From contig JBDROZ010000003.1 in NCBI GenBank assembly GCA_043809585.1, forward strand, positions 1 to 64,000: a stretch of DNA of 64,000 nucleotides. The letters run 5' to 3'. Below the pieces are notes generated by a model. That model was not told the origin of the DNA. It searched no databases and saw only the letters and a program-made list of their open reading frames with translations. Both the position numbers and the translations under genes were made by a program. This document shows, piece after piece, positions 9,302-19,942 of this stretch (the first letter of the stretch is position 1; every line of letters begins with the position of its first letter). This stretch comes from Candidatus Eiseniibacteriota bacterium. Its GTDB lineage: Bacteria > Orphanbacterota > Orphanbacteria > Orphanbacterales > Orphanbacteraceae.

Positions 9302-10176
9302 CGCCGCCGCTCCTTCATGTACCGGCGGAGGGAGATCAGGCTCCCCGCCCCGCCGAGCACCGCGCCGAGAAGGAGGAAGGAGACGACGCCGGCCCTGCCG
9401 AGAAAGAGGACCCCGGCGAGGCGGTCCGCCGCGAACCGGTGGCTCTCCCGGAGGAGGAGCAGGGCGAGCCCGGCCGCCGATCCCCCGAGAAGGGCCCCCT
9501 CGAGAAGGTAGGGGATCCGGATCTGCATGCGCGTCGCCCCGACGAGCCGGAGCACGTCGATCGTGTCCCGGCGGTCCGCCATGGCGAGCTTCATCGTGTT
9601 TCCGATGACGAGCAGCGTGGCGAAGACGATCACGGCGCCGAGAAAGAGGTCGACGGCGACGAAGAAGTAGATCCACCGCTCGAGCTCGCCGACCCAGGCC
9701 TCGCCGAAGACGACCGACTCGACCCCCGGTTGGCGCTCCACCTCGCGCACGACCTCCCTGATCCGGTCCATGGTCTTCCAGTCGTCGAAGAGGTCGAGCT
9801 CGAACGAGGCGGGCAGGGGGTTCCCCTCCACCCCGTCGAGCAGGTACTCCCGGGGGCCGAGGGTTTCGCGAAAAATCTGGAGCGCCTCCGCCTCGGAGAC
9901 GTAGCGCATCCCCCGCACCCCGCCGAGACGGGAGAGCAGGTTCTGCAGCCGGGTCCGGTCCCCCTCGAGGGCGCCGTCCTCGAGGAAGACCGTGACGCCC
10001 ACCTTTTCCTGGGCGAGGCGGATCACCATCTGGAGATTCTTGGTTCCGAGAAGGAAGAGGCCGAAGACGAACATCGCCACGGCCATGAGGATCACCGGCG
10101 CGAGATGGCTGCGGAGACTGCGGCGGAAGCCGTATCCGAACTCCCGCGCCAGATGTTCGATTTGGGTCGATGTCAC
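9298..10176 (-). CDS. ftsX: Cell division permease FtsX
   Basis: NPLPASFEL, LVGAT..QIRIPYLLEG, four TM segments; adjacent to ftsE. Confidence 0.92.
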   Translation of the reverse strand: MTSTQIEHLAREFGYGFRRSLRSHLAPVILMAVAMFVFGLFLLGTKNLQMVIRLAQEKVGVTVFLEDGALEGDRTRLQNLLSRLGGVRGMRYVSEAEALQIFRETLGPREYLLDGVEGNPLPASFELDLFDDWKTMDRIREVVREVERQPGVESVVFGEAWVGELERWIYFFVAVDLFLGAVIVFATLLVIGNTMKLAMADRRDTIDVLRLVGATRMQIRIPYLLEGALLGGSAAGLALLLLRESHRFAADRLAGVLFLGRAGVVSFLLLGAVLGGAGSLISLRRYMKERRR

Positions 10177-10183
10177 GGCCGGT

Positions 10184-10885
10184 CTATAGCCTCTGGGCCG
10201 CTTCGGCGGAGCGATGCTCCCTCCCCGGCGCCGGCTCGGACAGGAGACGGCCCTTTTCGAGCCGAAGGATCCGGTGTCCGCGCGCCCGCGCCGCCGCCTG
10301 GTCGTGGGTCGCGACCAGGACCGCGGTCCCTCGAATGTTGACCCGTTCGAGAAGATCGTAAATGCCCGCCGCGTTCTCCGGGTCCAGATTGCCCGTCGGC
10401 TCGTCGGCGAGAAGCAAGAAGGGCTGGTTCACCAGGGCCCGCGCGATGGACACGCGCTGCATTTCGCCCCCGGAAAGCTCCGAAGCCCTGTCCTTCATCC
10501 GCCCGAAAAGCCCGACGTCGGCGAGAACCTCTCTCACGCGCCGTTGGATGGCCCGCCGCGGCGTGCCGGTCAGACGGAGCACCAATGCCACGTTTTCGAA
10601 GACCGAGCGGTCGTCGATGAGGCGAAAATCCTGATAGACGAAACCGATGTGCCTCCGGAGATGGGGGATCTCCGTCTTCTTGAGCCGGTCGCTCCGGAAG
10701 GAGCCGATCTCGACCGTACCCGACGTCGGGAAGACCGAATGATGGATCATTTTGAGAATAGTGGTCTTACCCGCGCCGCTCGGCCCGATCAGATAGGCGT
10801 ACTCCCCCCGGTGCACCCGGAAAGTAACTCGATGAACGGCGGTATGGTCGCCGTACGACTTGGAGACGTTTGTAAGGGAAACCAC
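10184..10885 (-). CDS. ftsE: Cell division ATP-binding protein FtsE
   Basis: [44 protein letters not shown]. Confidence 0.93.
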   Translation of the reverse strand: MVSLTNVSKSYGDHTAVHRVTFRVHRGEYAYLIGPSGAGKTTILKMIHHSVFPTSGTVEIGSFRSDRLKKTEIPHLRRHIGFVYQDFRLIDDRSVFENVALVLRLTGTPRRAIQRRVREVLADVGLFGRMKDRASELSGGEMQRVSIARALVNQPFLLLADEPTGNLDPENAAGIYDLLERVNIRGTAVLVATHDQAAARARGHRILRLEKGRLLSEPAPGREHRSAEAAQRL

Positions 10886-10970
10886 GGAATCCCGTCCTTT
10901 CCCGGAAGGTATCCCGCGGGGACGGGTGCCGTCAAGCGTCGCGAGGAGGGCGCCGCCGGGGCGGCCGGAA

Positions 10971-12263
10971 TCAGCCCGCCGGCCTCTTTTCCTCGAGGAT
11001 TTCCACGTAGATTTCCCGGCGGAGCTCGTCCAGGTACTCCCGGATCAGCTCCTGCTGGCGCGACTGCCGGGCGGCGCGCCGGATCTCTTCCCGCGCCTCC
11101 GCGAGGGTCGGTTTCCCTTCGGGATACCGCTCGATGAGCTTGAAGACGTGATAGCCGTCGGACGCCTCCACCGCGCCGCTGTTCTCCCCCGGCGCCAGGG
11201 CGGAAAGAACCTGCCGCACGTCGTCGGTCATGTCGGAGACGGCGAACACCCCTACCTCGCCCCCCCGGGAGGCGCTCCCCGGGTCGTCCGAATAGGTCCG
11301 CGCGAGGCGCGCGAATCGGGCGCCGGCGGCCAGGCTGTCCGCGATCGCCTCCGCCCGGATCCGCGCCTCTTCCCACCCTTCGGAGCCGGCCTCGAGCGTT
11401 TTCAGGATGTGCCGCGCCCGTATCCGGCCGCCGCTTCGGTCGACGAGCTGGATCAGGTGATAGCCGAACCGGGTCCGCACGATCTCCGACACGTCGCCCG
11501 GTTCCCCGAGGGCGAAAGCGGCGGCCTCGAAGACCGGGTCCATGTCGCCGGGCCCGAAGAAACCGAGGTCCCCCCCGTTCGGGGCCGACGGGCCGTCGGA
11601 GTGTTCCCGGGCAAGGGCCTCGAAATCCTCCCCCGCGAGGGCCCGCTCCCGGAGTTCCTGAAGCTCGCCGGTCGCCGCCGCGCCCGCCTCCGCCGCCGCG
11701 GAGGGCTCGAAATAGATCTGGGCGAGGGAGTACCGCTCGGGGAGCACGGGGAGCTCTTCCCGGTGCTCTTCGTAGAATCTTTTGAGGTCGGCCTCGGTCA
11801 GGTCGAGCTTCCCCCGCACCCGCTGCTCCACGAGCATGCGGACCGTGAGGGTCCGCTCCACCTCGCGCAGGTAACGGTCCCGGAGTTCGCCGAGGGTCAG
11901 GTTCTCCGCCGCAAGGGCCGCGAGAAACTCCTCCTCCCCGGGAAACTGGGACCGCATCCTTTCGATACTGCTCCCGAGGGCCTCCTCGACCTCCTCGTCC
12001 GACGGCGCGATCCCGTCCTCCTCCGCCTTCGCGATGAGGATCCGATCCTCCACCAGCTTCCGGAGGGCGAGGGCCCGGATCTCCGGCGAGGGCGTCCCGC
12101 GGAGGGAAGGATCGGCGGCGTAAATCTCCATCTCCGCCAGGACCTCGCTGTCGAGGACCGGCGTCTCGCCGACGACGGCCACGACCCGGTCGACCGGCTC
12201 CTCCGCCGGCGCCCCGGCCGGAATGGCGATCGAGATCAGGAGAATGCCCGCGAAAAGCCTCAT
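10971..12263 (-). CDS. surA: SurA-like periplasmic chaperone / parvulin PPIase (two rotamase domains)
   Basis: VDRVVAVV N-domain; FEALAREHSDGPSAPNGGDLG; ARHIL; second SDDPGSASRGGEVG. Confidence 0.85.
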   Translation of the reverse strand: MRLFAGILLISIAIPAGAPAEEPVDRVVAVVGETPVLDSEVLAEMEIYAADPSLRGTPSPEIRALALRKLVEDRILIAKAEEDGIAPSDEEVEEALGSSIERMRSQFPGEEEFLAALAAENLTLGELRDRYLREVERTLTVRMLVEQRVRGKLDLTEADLKRFYEEHREELPVLPERYSLAQIYFEPSAAAEAGAAATGELQELRERALAGEDFEALAREHSDGPSAPNGGDLGFFGPGDMDPVFEAAAFALGEPGDVSEIVRTRFGYHLIQLVDRSGGRIRARHILKTLEAGSEGWEEARIRAEAIADSLAAGARFARLARTYSDDPGSASRGGEVGVFAVSDMTDDVRQVLSALAPGENSGAVEASDGYHVFKLIERYPEGKPTLAEAREEIRRAARQSRQQELIREYLDELRREIYVEILEEKRPAG

Positions 12264-13945
12264 GAGCCGCCTTCCGTCTCCTCCGCCTCGATCAGGAGAT
12301 TGAGGACCTCGGGATAGACGGTGACGCCGGTTTCCTCCCTCTTCGCCTCGAGCCACTCCAAGAGGGCCTTGTCCCGCTCCCCTTCGAGAAGGGCCTTTTC
12401 GATCATCGGCTTCGCCTCGTCCGGCAACATCGGATGCTCCGCGTCCTTCTCGAGGAGTTTCGCGACGTAGAAGCCCTGCATGGCGGAGACCACCGGCGTG
12501 ACCTCGCCCACCCGGAGGCGGTCGAAGGCGTACGACTGCAGTTCGGTGGGCACGTTCTGGCGGGGCATCAGATCGAGAACTCCGGCGATCTCCTTGAGGC
12601 GCCCCGTGTTGTACTCCCGGGCGAGGGAGTCGAAAGAAGCGCCGGAGGAGAGGCGGGAGACGATCTTGTCGGCCGCGCTTCGGTCGAGGACTTGAATGAC
12701 CTGGATCTTCGCCCGCACCGGCATGATCAGGTTTTCTTTCTGGTTCTCGTATTCCTCGCGGATCCGGTCCTCCGGCACTTGGACGTCCTTGACCAAGTCG
12801 CCGAAGAGAAGATCGACGAGGCGCTCTTCCTTGTTCTTCTCCACCGCCCGTACGACGTCGTCCGACTGGTCCAGGCCGCGACTCTTCGCCTCGTCGGCGT
12901 TCGTCTTGTTGATGATCTCCGCTTCCAGGACGCTCCGAATGAGCTCGGCCCCCTCGGTCGTGTACGGCTGGACGCCTTCCCGGGATCCGTACTCTTCGAC
13001 GAAGTCGGCGACCGTCACGTTCCCCCCGGCGTGGGAGATCAGCACCCGGCCTCGGTCTTCGTCGGACACGGTCTTCGCCCACGTGTTGTCCATGGAGCCC
13101 CGCTCCGGCAGACGGTCGTTCAGCCACGCCATGTTCTCTTCGTTCTTCTCGATCGCCAGGGCCGCCTTCACATTGTCCAGATAGGTGTTCCAGTTCTCGT
13201 TCCGCCGCCGGGAGCGGAGCTCCGCCGCGCAGGTGTGGCGCTGCTCTTCGAAGTCGTCCATGGACGGCTCCATGATCGAATCCACTCTCGCGATGTGGTA
13301 CCCCCGGGCGGTCTGGACCGGCTCGGAGACGGCCCCCGCGCTCAAGGCGAAGATCGCCCGCTCGAGGGGCGGGTCGAGGAGGCCCCGGCGGATGATCCCC
13401 ATGTCGCCGCCGAGGGGCGCGGTCAGGACGTCCTTCGAACGCGACCGGGCCAGATTGGTGAAGTCGGCCCCGCCGGAAAGCTCCCGGGCGATCTCCTCCG
13501 CTTCGGCGAGGGTCGGGACCAAGATCTGCCGCGCCTTCACGGTGACGCGGGAACGGCGGTAGTAGTCTTCCACCTCGGCGAGGGTGATCTCGATGTCCGA
13601 CTCGGCCACGTCCTTGAAGAGGGCACGGATCGACTGCTCCCTCCGCCATTGCTCCATCTCCCGGAGCAGGGTTTCGTTCTTGTCGTGCCCCCGGGCGATC
13701 GCGTCGCGCACCATCAGATTCTTGTTGATGAGGGTGTTTAGAAAGCTCTCGGCGTCTTCATAGGTCACCAGGGGAGGGCGGTTGAAGATGGTGATCGCCT
13801 TGTAGGCGAGGTTGAAATCGCCGAGGGTGATCCGTTGGTCGCCGACTTTGGCGACGACGCTCTCCTTCTTTCCTCCGCACGAGAGGAGGAGAAGGGCCGT
13901 CGCGATCAGGGCGAGAAGCGTCCGGGGCATCGCTCTCCGAGGCAT
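12260..13945 (-). CDS. Parvulin-type peptidyl-prolyl isomerase lipoprotein
   Basis: Lipobox LLLSC; VVAKVGDQRIT; ARQILV; FTNLARSRSKD..GGDMG; RBS AAGGAG. Confidence 0.88.
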   Translation of the reverse strand: MPRRAMPRTLLALIATALLLLSCGGKKESVVAKVGDQRITLGDFNLAYKAITIFNRPPLVTYEDAESFLNTLINKNLMVRDAIARGHDKNETLLREMEQWRREQSIRALFKDVAESDIEITLAEVEDYYRRSRVTVKARQILVPTLAEAEEIARELSGGADFTNLARSRSKDVLTAPLGGDMGIIRRGLLDPPLERAIFALSAGAVSEPVQTARGYHIARVDSIMEPSMDDFEEQRHTCAAELRSRRRNENWNTYLDNVKAALAIEKNEENMAWLNDRLPERGSMDNTWAKTVSDEDRGRVLISHAGGNVTVADFVEEYGSREGVQPYTTEGAELIRSVLEAEIINKTNADEAKSRGLDQSDDVVRAVEKNKEERLVDLLFGDLVKDVQVPEDRIREEYENQKENLIMPVRAKIQVIQVLDRSAADKIVSRLSSGASFDSLAREYNTGRLKEIAGVLDLMPRQNVPTELQSYAFDRLRVGEVTPVVSAMQGFYVAKLLEKDAEHPMLPDEAKPMIEKALLEGERDKALLEWLEAKREETGVTVYPEVLNLLIEAEETEGGS

Positions 13946-14032
13946 GGAAACACTCCTTTCGGATGGGAAAACCGGGCCCTGCGGGATCGCCACCGGGCCG
14001 ACGAAGAACTTAAACCTTTACATGATACCTGG

Positions 14033-17000
14033 CTACGCGAGAGCAGCCAACAACTTTCTTGCCGTGTCGATCGCCCGCTCCCCGCCGGGGGACGCCTCCA
14101 CCGTCAGCCCCTCCCCCGCCTCGAAGCGGACGTCCTCCCCGAAGGCCCGAACCACCCGCTCGAGCCGCTTCTTCGCGGGGACCCGGCCTTCGGGGAAACG
14201 GACCCTCACCACCCGCGCGCCGAGGCGGACCGACTCGGCCCCCGCCCCCTCGCCCCGGAGCTTCATCTCCCGGAGGGCGAAGAGCCTCTCCGCCTCCTCG
14301 GGGAGGCGGCCGAAACGGTCCGCCGTCTCCTCCCTCATGCGGTCCACGTCCTCCGGATTCCGGGTCTCGGCGAGGCGACGGTAGAGAACGATCTTCAGGT
14401 CCGGGTCGCCGACGTAGCCGTCGGGGAGGAACGAGTCGAACGCCGCCTCCACCTTGGTCGCCGGAGGCGCGGGCTTGGTCTCCCCCTTCAGGTCCCGCAC
14501 CGCTTCTTCGAGGAGTTTGCAGTACATCTCGAAACCGACGGAGGCGACGAACCCGTGCTGCTCCGCGCCGAGCAGGTTGCCCGCCCCCCGGATCTCCAGA
14601 TCCTTCATGGCGATCCGGTAGCCGGAGCCGAGGTCCGTGTGGGTGGTGATCGCCTCGAGCCGCTTCGTCGCCTCTTCGGTGAGCGACTTGTCCCGGGGGA
14701 CGATCAGGTACGTGTAGGCCCGATGGCTCGACCGGCCCACACGGCCCCGCAGCTGGTAAAGCTGGGCGAGTCCGAAGTGGTCCGCCCGGTTCACGAGCAT
14801 GGTGTTCACGCTCGGGATGTCGAGGCCCGACTCGATGATCATGGTGGTCACGAGGATGTCGATCCGCTTCTCGAGGAAGTCGAGCATGACCGACTCGAGC
14901 TTCCGCTCCGTCATCTGGCCGTGGGCAACGCCGATCTTCGCCTCCGGGATCACCCGGGAGAGCCAGGCCGCCATGGACCCGATGGAGCGGACCCGGTTGT
15001 GAACGAAATAGACCTGCCCTCCCCGGTCGATCTCCCGGAGGATCGCCGCCGTGATCACCTCCGGGTCGAACTCGGCGAGCTCCGTGACGATCGGCAGGCG
15101 GTCCTTCGGCGGCGTGTCGATGACGGACATGTCCCGGACGCCGGAGATCGACATGTGCAGGGTGCGCGGGATCGGTGTCGCCGTGAGGGTGAGGACGTCA
15201 ACGGTCTCCCGCATCCGCTTCAGCTTCTCCTTCTGCGTGACGCCGAAACGCTGCTCCTCATCGATGACCACGAGCCCGAGATCATGGAAGGCGATGTCCT
15301 TCTGGAGGAGCCGGTGGGTGCCGATCACGACGTCCACCTTCCCGTCCGCTAGGTCCCGCACCACCTGCTTCAACTCGGCGGGGCGGCGAAACCGCGAGAG
15401 GGCCTCCACGCGCACCGGGAAACCGCCGTAACGGTCCCGGAACGTGCGGAGGTGCTGGTGGGCGAGGAGGGTGGTCGGGACGAGGACCGCCACCTGCTTG
15501 CCGTCCAAGACAGCTTTGAAGGCGGCGCGAATGGCGATCTCCGTCTTCCCATAGCCGACGTCGCCGCAGACGAGCCGGTCCATCGGGCGGGGCGCCTCCA
15601 TGTCCCGCTTCACGTCCCGCACCGCCGCCGCCTGGTGCTCGGTCTCCTCGTAAAGGAACGATGTCTCGAGCTCCCGCTGCCACGGCCCGTCGCCGGCGAA
15701 TGCGTGGCCCGGTTTCGCCCGGCGGGCCGCGTAGAGGCGGAGAAGCCCCTCCGCGATCTTCCGGACCGCCCTCTCGGCCCGGGCCTTCGTCTTCGCCCAG
15801 GTGACGCCGCCGATTCGGTCGACCGCGGGGGCCGCCCCCTCCCCCGAGCCGCTGTACTTCTGAAGGAAGTCCATCTGGTCCGTGGGCACGAAGAGCCGGT
15901 CCCGTCCGGCGTACTCGAGGACGACGCAGTCCTTGCTCACCCCCTCCACGGCGATCCGCTTCATTCCGACGAAGCGGCCGATGCCGTGGCCCACGTGGAC
16001 GACGTGGTCCCCTTCCTTGAGGGCGAGGAGGCTGTCGAGGGTGATCCCCCGGCGGCGGCGGCGCTCGAGGCGGGGCCTGCGGAGGCGCCGGAAGATCTCG
16101 TGGTCCGCGAAGACCGCGAGCCTCTCGTCAGGAAGGAGGAACCCCCGCCGGAGTTTGCCCGCCCCCACGGCGACCTCTCCGGTGAAAGGCTCGAGGATCT
16201 CCTTCATCCGGTCCGCCTGTCCCGAGTTGTCGCAGAAGACGTAGACCCCGAACCCGCCATCCACGAGCTTCCGGATCTCCTTTTCCAGGAGGTCCATCTT
16301 CCCCAGGATCGAGGGGGCGGGGACGAAGCGGATCGAGACGGCGTCCTCCCCCCCGGCGTGGGAACCCCGGCGGGCGGGGGCGTACCGGCGGGACCGGAAA
16401 CCCGCCTCCATCTCCCGGGGATCGAGGAACGCGTCCTCCGGGGCCGGCAGCCCCCCCTTCTTCTCGAGGGCACCGTGAAACCGGACCGCCTCCTGCCAGT
16501 ACTCGCCCGCCGAGGCGAGAATCTCACGCTCCTCGAGGGCGATGACCACGGCCTCCTCCGGCAGGTAGTCGAAGACCGTCTCCCGCCCGGGAAAGAGGAG
16601 GGGGAGGTAGCGCTCGATGCCGTCGAAGAAGACCCCCCGCTCGAGCAGTTCCCCCTCCTCCCCCTCCACCGGGAGTTCCTGGGCGCGGCGGACCGTCTCG
16701 TCCGGGAGGGGGAACTCGGTCTGGGGGGTGACGCGGATCTCCTCGAGGGAGCGAATCGACCGCTGCGATTCCGGATCGTACTCGCGGATCGATTCGATCT
16801 CGTCGCCGAAGAACTCGATCCGGTACGGCCGTTCCCGGCCCGAGGGGAAGAGATCGAGGATGCCCCCCCGGCGGGCGAAGGTCCCCGGCTCGTCGGCGAC
16901 GGAGGTCCTGCGGAAGCCGATGTGGACGAGCCTCTCCGTCAGCTCCTCCAAGTCGACGTCCTCCCCTTTCCCGAGGTCCACGAGATGTTCCCTCATGATC

Positions 17001-17401
17001 CGGCGGGGAACGATGCGGGGTTGGATCGCCCGGGGGGTCGTCACGACGACTGAGGCCCCCCCGCGGGCGAGATGGCCGAGGGCGGCCTGGCGGAGGGCCG
17101 TGACGCCGAGAGACGGGGAGTGGGCTTCGTAGGGGACCAGCTCCCACGACGGCAGGAGGAAGACCCGTTCCTCCCCGATCAGCCCCTCGAGTTCCTCCGC
17201 GAAGAGCTCCGCCTCGTCCGGGCGGGGCGCGACGAGAAGGACCGTTTCCCCCGATTCCTCGACGAGGTCCGCGGCGAGAAAGGAGAGGATCGACGCGCCG
17301 GCGCCGCCGATGGGGGCGAGCCGCCTCCCCTCCGCGAGCCGGCGGTTCCACTCCCGCACGGGCGGCGCGGATCTTATCTTCCGTCGGACGTGGGAGATCA
17401 T
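14033..17401 (-). CDS. mfd: Transcription-repair coupling factor
   Basis: RGGILDLF, PMDRLVCGDVGYGKTE, DEEQRFGV, TATPIPRTL, QLRGRVGRS, DLEIRGAGNLLG. Confidence 0.97.
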   Translation of the reverse strand: MISHVRRKIRSAPPVREWNRRLAEGRRLAPIGGAGASILSFLAADLVEESGETVLLVAPRPDEAELFAEELEGLIGEERVFLLPSWELVPYEAHSPSLGVTALRQAALGHLARGGASVVVTTPRAIQPRIVPRRIMREHLVDLGKGEDVDLEELTERLVHIGFRRTSVADEPGTFARRGGILDLFPSGRERPYRIEFFGDEIESIREYDPESQRSIRSLEEIRVTPQTEFPLPDETVRRAQELPVEGEEGELLERGVFFDGIERYLPLLFPGRETVFDYLPEEAVVIALEEREILASAGEYWQEAVRFHGALEKKGGLPAPEDAFLDPREMEAGFRSRRYAPARRGSHAGGEDAVSIRFVPAPSILGKMDLLEKEIRKLVDGGFGVYVFCDNSGQADRMKEILEPFTGEVAVGAGKLRRGFLLPDERLAVFADHEIFRRLRRPRLERRRRRGITLDSLLALKEGDHVVHVGHGIGRFVGMKRIAVEGVSKDCVVLEYAGRDRLFVPTDQMDFLQKYSGSGEGAAPAVDRIGGVTWAKTKARAERAVRKIAEGLLRLYAARRAKPGHAFAGDGPWQRELETSFLYEETEHQAAAVRDVKRDMEAPRPMDRLVCGDVGYGKTEIAIRAAFKAVLDGKQVAVLVPTTLLAHQHLRTFRDRYGGFPVRVEALSRFRRPAELKQVVRDLADGKVDVVIGTHRLLQKDIAFHDLGLVVIDEEQRFGVTQKEKLKRMRETVDVLTLTATPIPRTLHMSISGVRDMSVIDTPPKDRLPIVTELAEFDPEVITAAILREIDRGGQVYFVHNRVRSIGSMAAWLSRVIPEAKIGVAHGQMTERKLESVMLDFLEKRIDILVTTMIIESGLDIPSVNTMLVNRADHFGLAQLYQLRGRVGRSSHRAYTYLIVPRDKSLTEEATKRLEAITTHTDLGSGYRIAMKDLEIRGAGNLLGAEQHGFVASVGFEMYCKLLEEAVRDLKGETKPAPPATKVEAAFDSFLPDGYVGDPDLKIVLYRRLAETRNPEDVDRMREETADRFGRLPEEAERLFALREMKLRGEGAGAESVRLGARVVRVRFPEGRVPAKKRLERVVRAFGEDVRFEAGEGLTVEASPGGERAIDTARKLLAALA

Positions 17402-19494
17402 TCCGTCTCCCGGCCCGCCCCCGGCCGGTGGGTCCGGGCCACCACCATCTCGACCGCCGCCACGGCGAGGGCGAGGAGCACGAGCTCCCACCAGAACTCC
17501 TTTCCGTAGCGGGCCTCGAGGATGGGACGCTCGAGGCGCCGCGAGGGGGGCATCACCCGGGCGCCCTTCACGGGGAGGCGGCCCGCGGCCTCCGACGGAT
17601 CGAGGGGAGTCAGATCCGACTCCCCCGTGTCCAAATTGACCGCGAACCACTCATCCAGGTCGCCGCCGCGGACCCGGTAGAAGCCGGGCGAGTCGGTCCG
17701 AGCGAAGGAAAGGACCAGGTGGTCCCCCTCGCTCTCCGGCTGTACCACCACCTCCTCCAGGGGCGTGGAGGCGATGAACTCCTCACCGAGGCCGACTCCG
17801 AAGAGGTCTTTCCGGTACGGGCGCCCCACGGTCAGGGCCGTCTTGTAAAGAGCCCCCCCCGAGTAGAGGTACCGGACCGTCTCGTGAAGGAGGGGGAGAT
17901 AGGCCGGATGGGTCGGCAGATCGCTCCAGCCGAGATCGTGGCCGACCGCCCAGAGGAGCGTCCGTCCCGCCCCCTTCTTCGTCTCCAGGAGAAGGGGCAT
18001 GCCGTCGGCGAGCGTGGCGAGGACCGAGGCGTGATCGCCGCCGCTCAGGTCGAGGTGCCGGACCACCCGGAGTTCCCGGAGGGCCGGCCCCAAGCCCTGG
18101 CGGAAGACGGAAAACACCGGATGGGACCCGTCGAAGCCGGTCACACCGGCGGGGCGGTCCCGGCGCTCCACGAGGGAAGGCCCGATCCGGACTCCGGGGG
18201 CGAGTCGCCCGAGGATTTCCGTGTTGTAGTTGCCGAAGTCGATGCCGTCCCCCGGCACGATCACCAGCCCCCCCCCCTCGGCGAGATACTCCTCGAGCCG
18301 GGACGTCGCGGCCTCGCCGAGGGAAGGGACGCCGACGAGAAAGACCGCGTGATAGGAACGGAGCCCGAGGGACCGGAGTTCGCTCGGATCCGCCCGATCC
18401 ACCCGGACCGGGCTCTCCTCCCCCCCCTCCGGATCGAGGGCGCTCCGGAGGAAGAGCATGGACGGCTCGTCGGGCCCTCCGACGAGGAGCACCCGGAGCC
18501 GGTCCGGACGGTCGAGGGTGAAGTAGAAGGCGTCGTCGAGGGGAAGCCGGTCCCCGTCGATCCGGATCTCCCCCCGGTGGAGCCCACGCTCCCTCGAGAT
18601 CACCGAGAAGAGGACCGGCTCGCTCCGCCCGGGAGGGACGGTGACCGTGGAGGTTCCGCGCCGTTCGCCGTCGAGAGTGAGGGTGACCGCCGCCTCCGCC
18701 GCCTCGTTTCCATGGTTCGCCACGGCCGTGCGGATGCGAATCGTCTCGCCGAACCGGCGGGGCTCGAAGAGTTCGGCCCCCTCCACCGCCCGGTTCGGGC
18801 GCTCCCCTTCGCCGACGGGGAGAAGGAAGAGGCGCACCCCCTTCGCCCGCGGGTCTTCGGCGGGGCCGGCGTCCACCGGAAACCCTCCCGCCTGGAGGTC
18901 GGTGATCAGGAAGATCTCCCGGTTCGGGTGGCGCGACCCTTCCAGGAGACGGAGGGCCTCCCGCACGGAGAGGGCGAGGTCGGTCCCCTTCGCAGTGGAC
19001 GCCGCCTTCTCGATCTCCGCTTCGAGAAGACGGACGTTGTGGGTCGGCCGGTCGAAGCGGGACTCGGGGACGTCGGACGCGAGAAGAAGAAAGGCCTCGT
19101 CCCCTTCGCTCAGGAGGTCCGCCACCTGCCGGGCCCGTTCCTTCGCCTCGTCCATGAGCGTGCCGGTGCCTGATCGGAACCCCATGCTGTAGCTGACGTC
19201 AAGAACGATGCAGACGCTCGTGTTCGCCCGGCCGCCGAGGCCCCCCGCCAGCGCCCCCCGGAGGGCGGGCCGGGCGAAGGCGACGGCGAGGATCACGATG
19301 AGGAGCACCCGAAGGAGAAGAAGGAGCATCTCCCGAATTCGGAGCTTCTTCGACTGCCTGATCTGGAGCCGCCGGATGAACTCGAGAGTGCTGAAGGGGA
19401 CGACCCGCGCCCGGGGGCGGTTCAGCAGATGGATGAGCACCGGGATGGCCGCGGCGGCGATTCCGGCGAGGAAGAGGGACTGGAGAAAGGACAT
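17398..19494 (-). CDS. BatA N-terminal + vWA domain membrane protein (MoxR/DUF58 partner)
   Basis: IPVLIHLLNR...FSTLEF BatA motif; LDVSYSM MIDAS; ITDLQ; FAVN..ESDL; C-terminal TM. Confidence 0.88.
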   Translation of the reverse strand: MSFLQSLFLAGIAAAAIPVLIHLLNRPRARVVPFSTLEFIRRLQIRQSKKLRIREMLLLLLRVLLIVILAVAFARPALRGALAGGLGGRANTSVCIVLDVSYSMGFRSGTGTLMDEAKERARQVADLLSEGDEAFLLLASDVPESRFDRPTHNVRLLEAEIEKAASTAKGTDLALSVREALRLLEGSRHPNREIFLITDLQAGGFPVDAGPAEDPRAKGVRLFLLPVGEGERPNRAVEGAELFEPRRFGETIRIRTAVANHGNEAAEAAVTLTLDGERRGTSTVTVPPGRSEPVLFSVISRERGLHRGEIRIDGDRLPLDDAFYFTLDRPDRLRVLLVGGPDEPSMLFLRSALDPEGGEESPVRVDRADPSELRSLGLRSYHAVFLVGVPSLGEAATSRLEEYLAEGGGLVIVPGDGIDFGNYNTEILGRLAPGVRIGPSLVERRDRPAGVTGFDGSHPVFSVFRQGLGPALRELRVVRHLDLSGGDHASVLATLADGMPLLLETKKGAGRTLLWAVGHDLGWSDLPTHPAYLPLLHETVRYLYSGGALYKTALTVGRPYRKDLFGVGLGEEFIASTPLEEVVVQPESEGDHLVLSFARTDSPGFYRVRGGDLDEWFAVNLDTGESDLTPLDPSEAAGRLPVKGARVMPPSRRLERPILEARYGKEFWWELVLLALAVAAVEMVVARTHRPGAGRETE

Positions 19495-19566
19495 GGCGCT
19501 CCCCGAAGAGCCTCGCCCCGGACGCCGCCTCCTCCCGAAGGGGATCCGGCGGCCCGGCGGCCGGCG

Positions 19567-19830
19567 CTATTTCGTCTCTTTGAGCTTGTAGGGCACTTCG
19601 AGGGTCTCGATGGTGTACCGGTACTCCATCCGGTCCAGCCAGCTCTTCCCTTCCGAGAGGTACACATCTCCGTTCGCGCGGAGGGCGAGCCACCGCCCGT
19701 TCGAGTCGCAGGTGACGCCGACGAAGGGGGAGCCGGAGGGCTCCTCCGAGCGGGCCGGCGTGGAGAGGAACCGGGCGGACCAGGCGGCGACGATCATGAA
19801 AACGAGAGTCCAGGCGATTCGCTGACGCAT
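19567..19830 (-). CDS. Small secreted hypothetical protein
   Basis: 87 aa, hydrophobic N-terminus, strong AGGAGG RBS. Confidence 0.65.
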   Translation of the reverse strand: MRQRIAWTLVFMIVAAWSARFLSTPARSEEPSGSPFVGVTCDSNGRWLALRANGDVYLSEGKSWLDRMEYRYTIETLEVPYKLKETK

Positions 19831-19942
19831 TCTTTCCTCCTCGAGAAGGACACTTCAGGGGGGGGGCGGTTCCACGGCGGTCCGTAGGGTCAGGATAACG
19901 GCAAGAGGGGCGGAGATTCCACTCCCGGGAAGAGGGGACCCT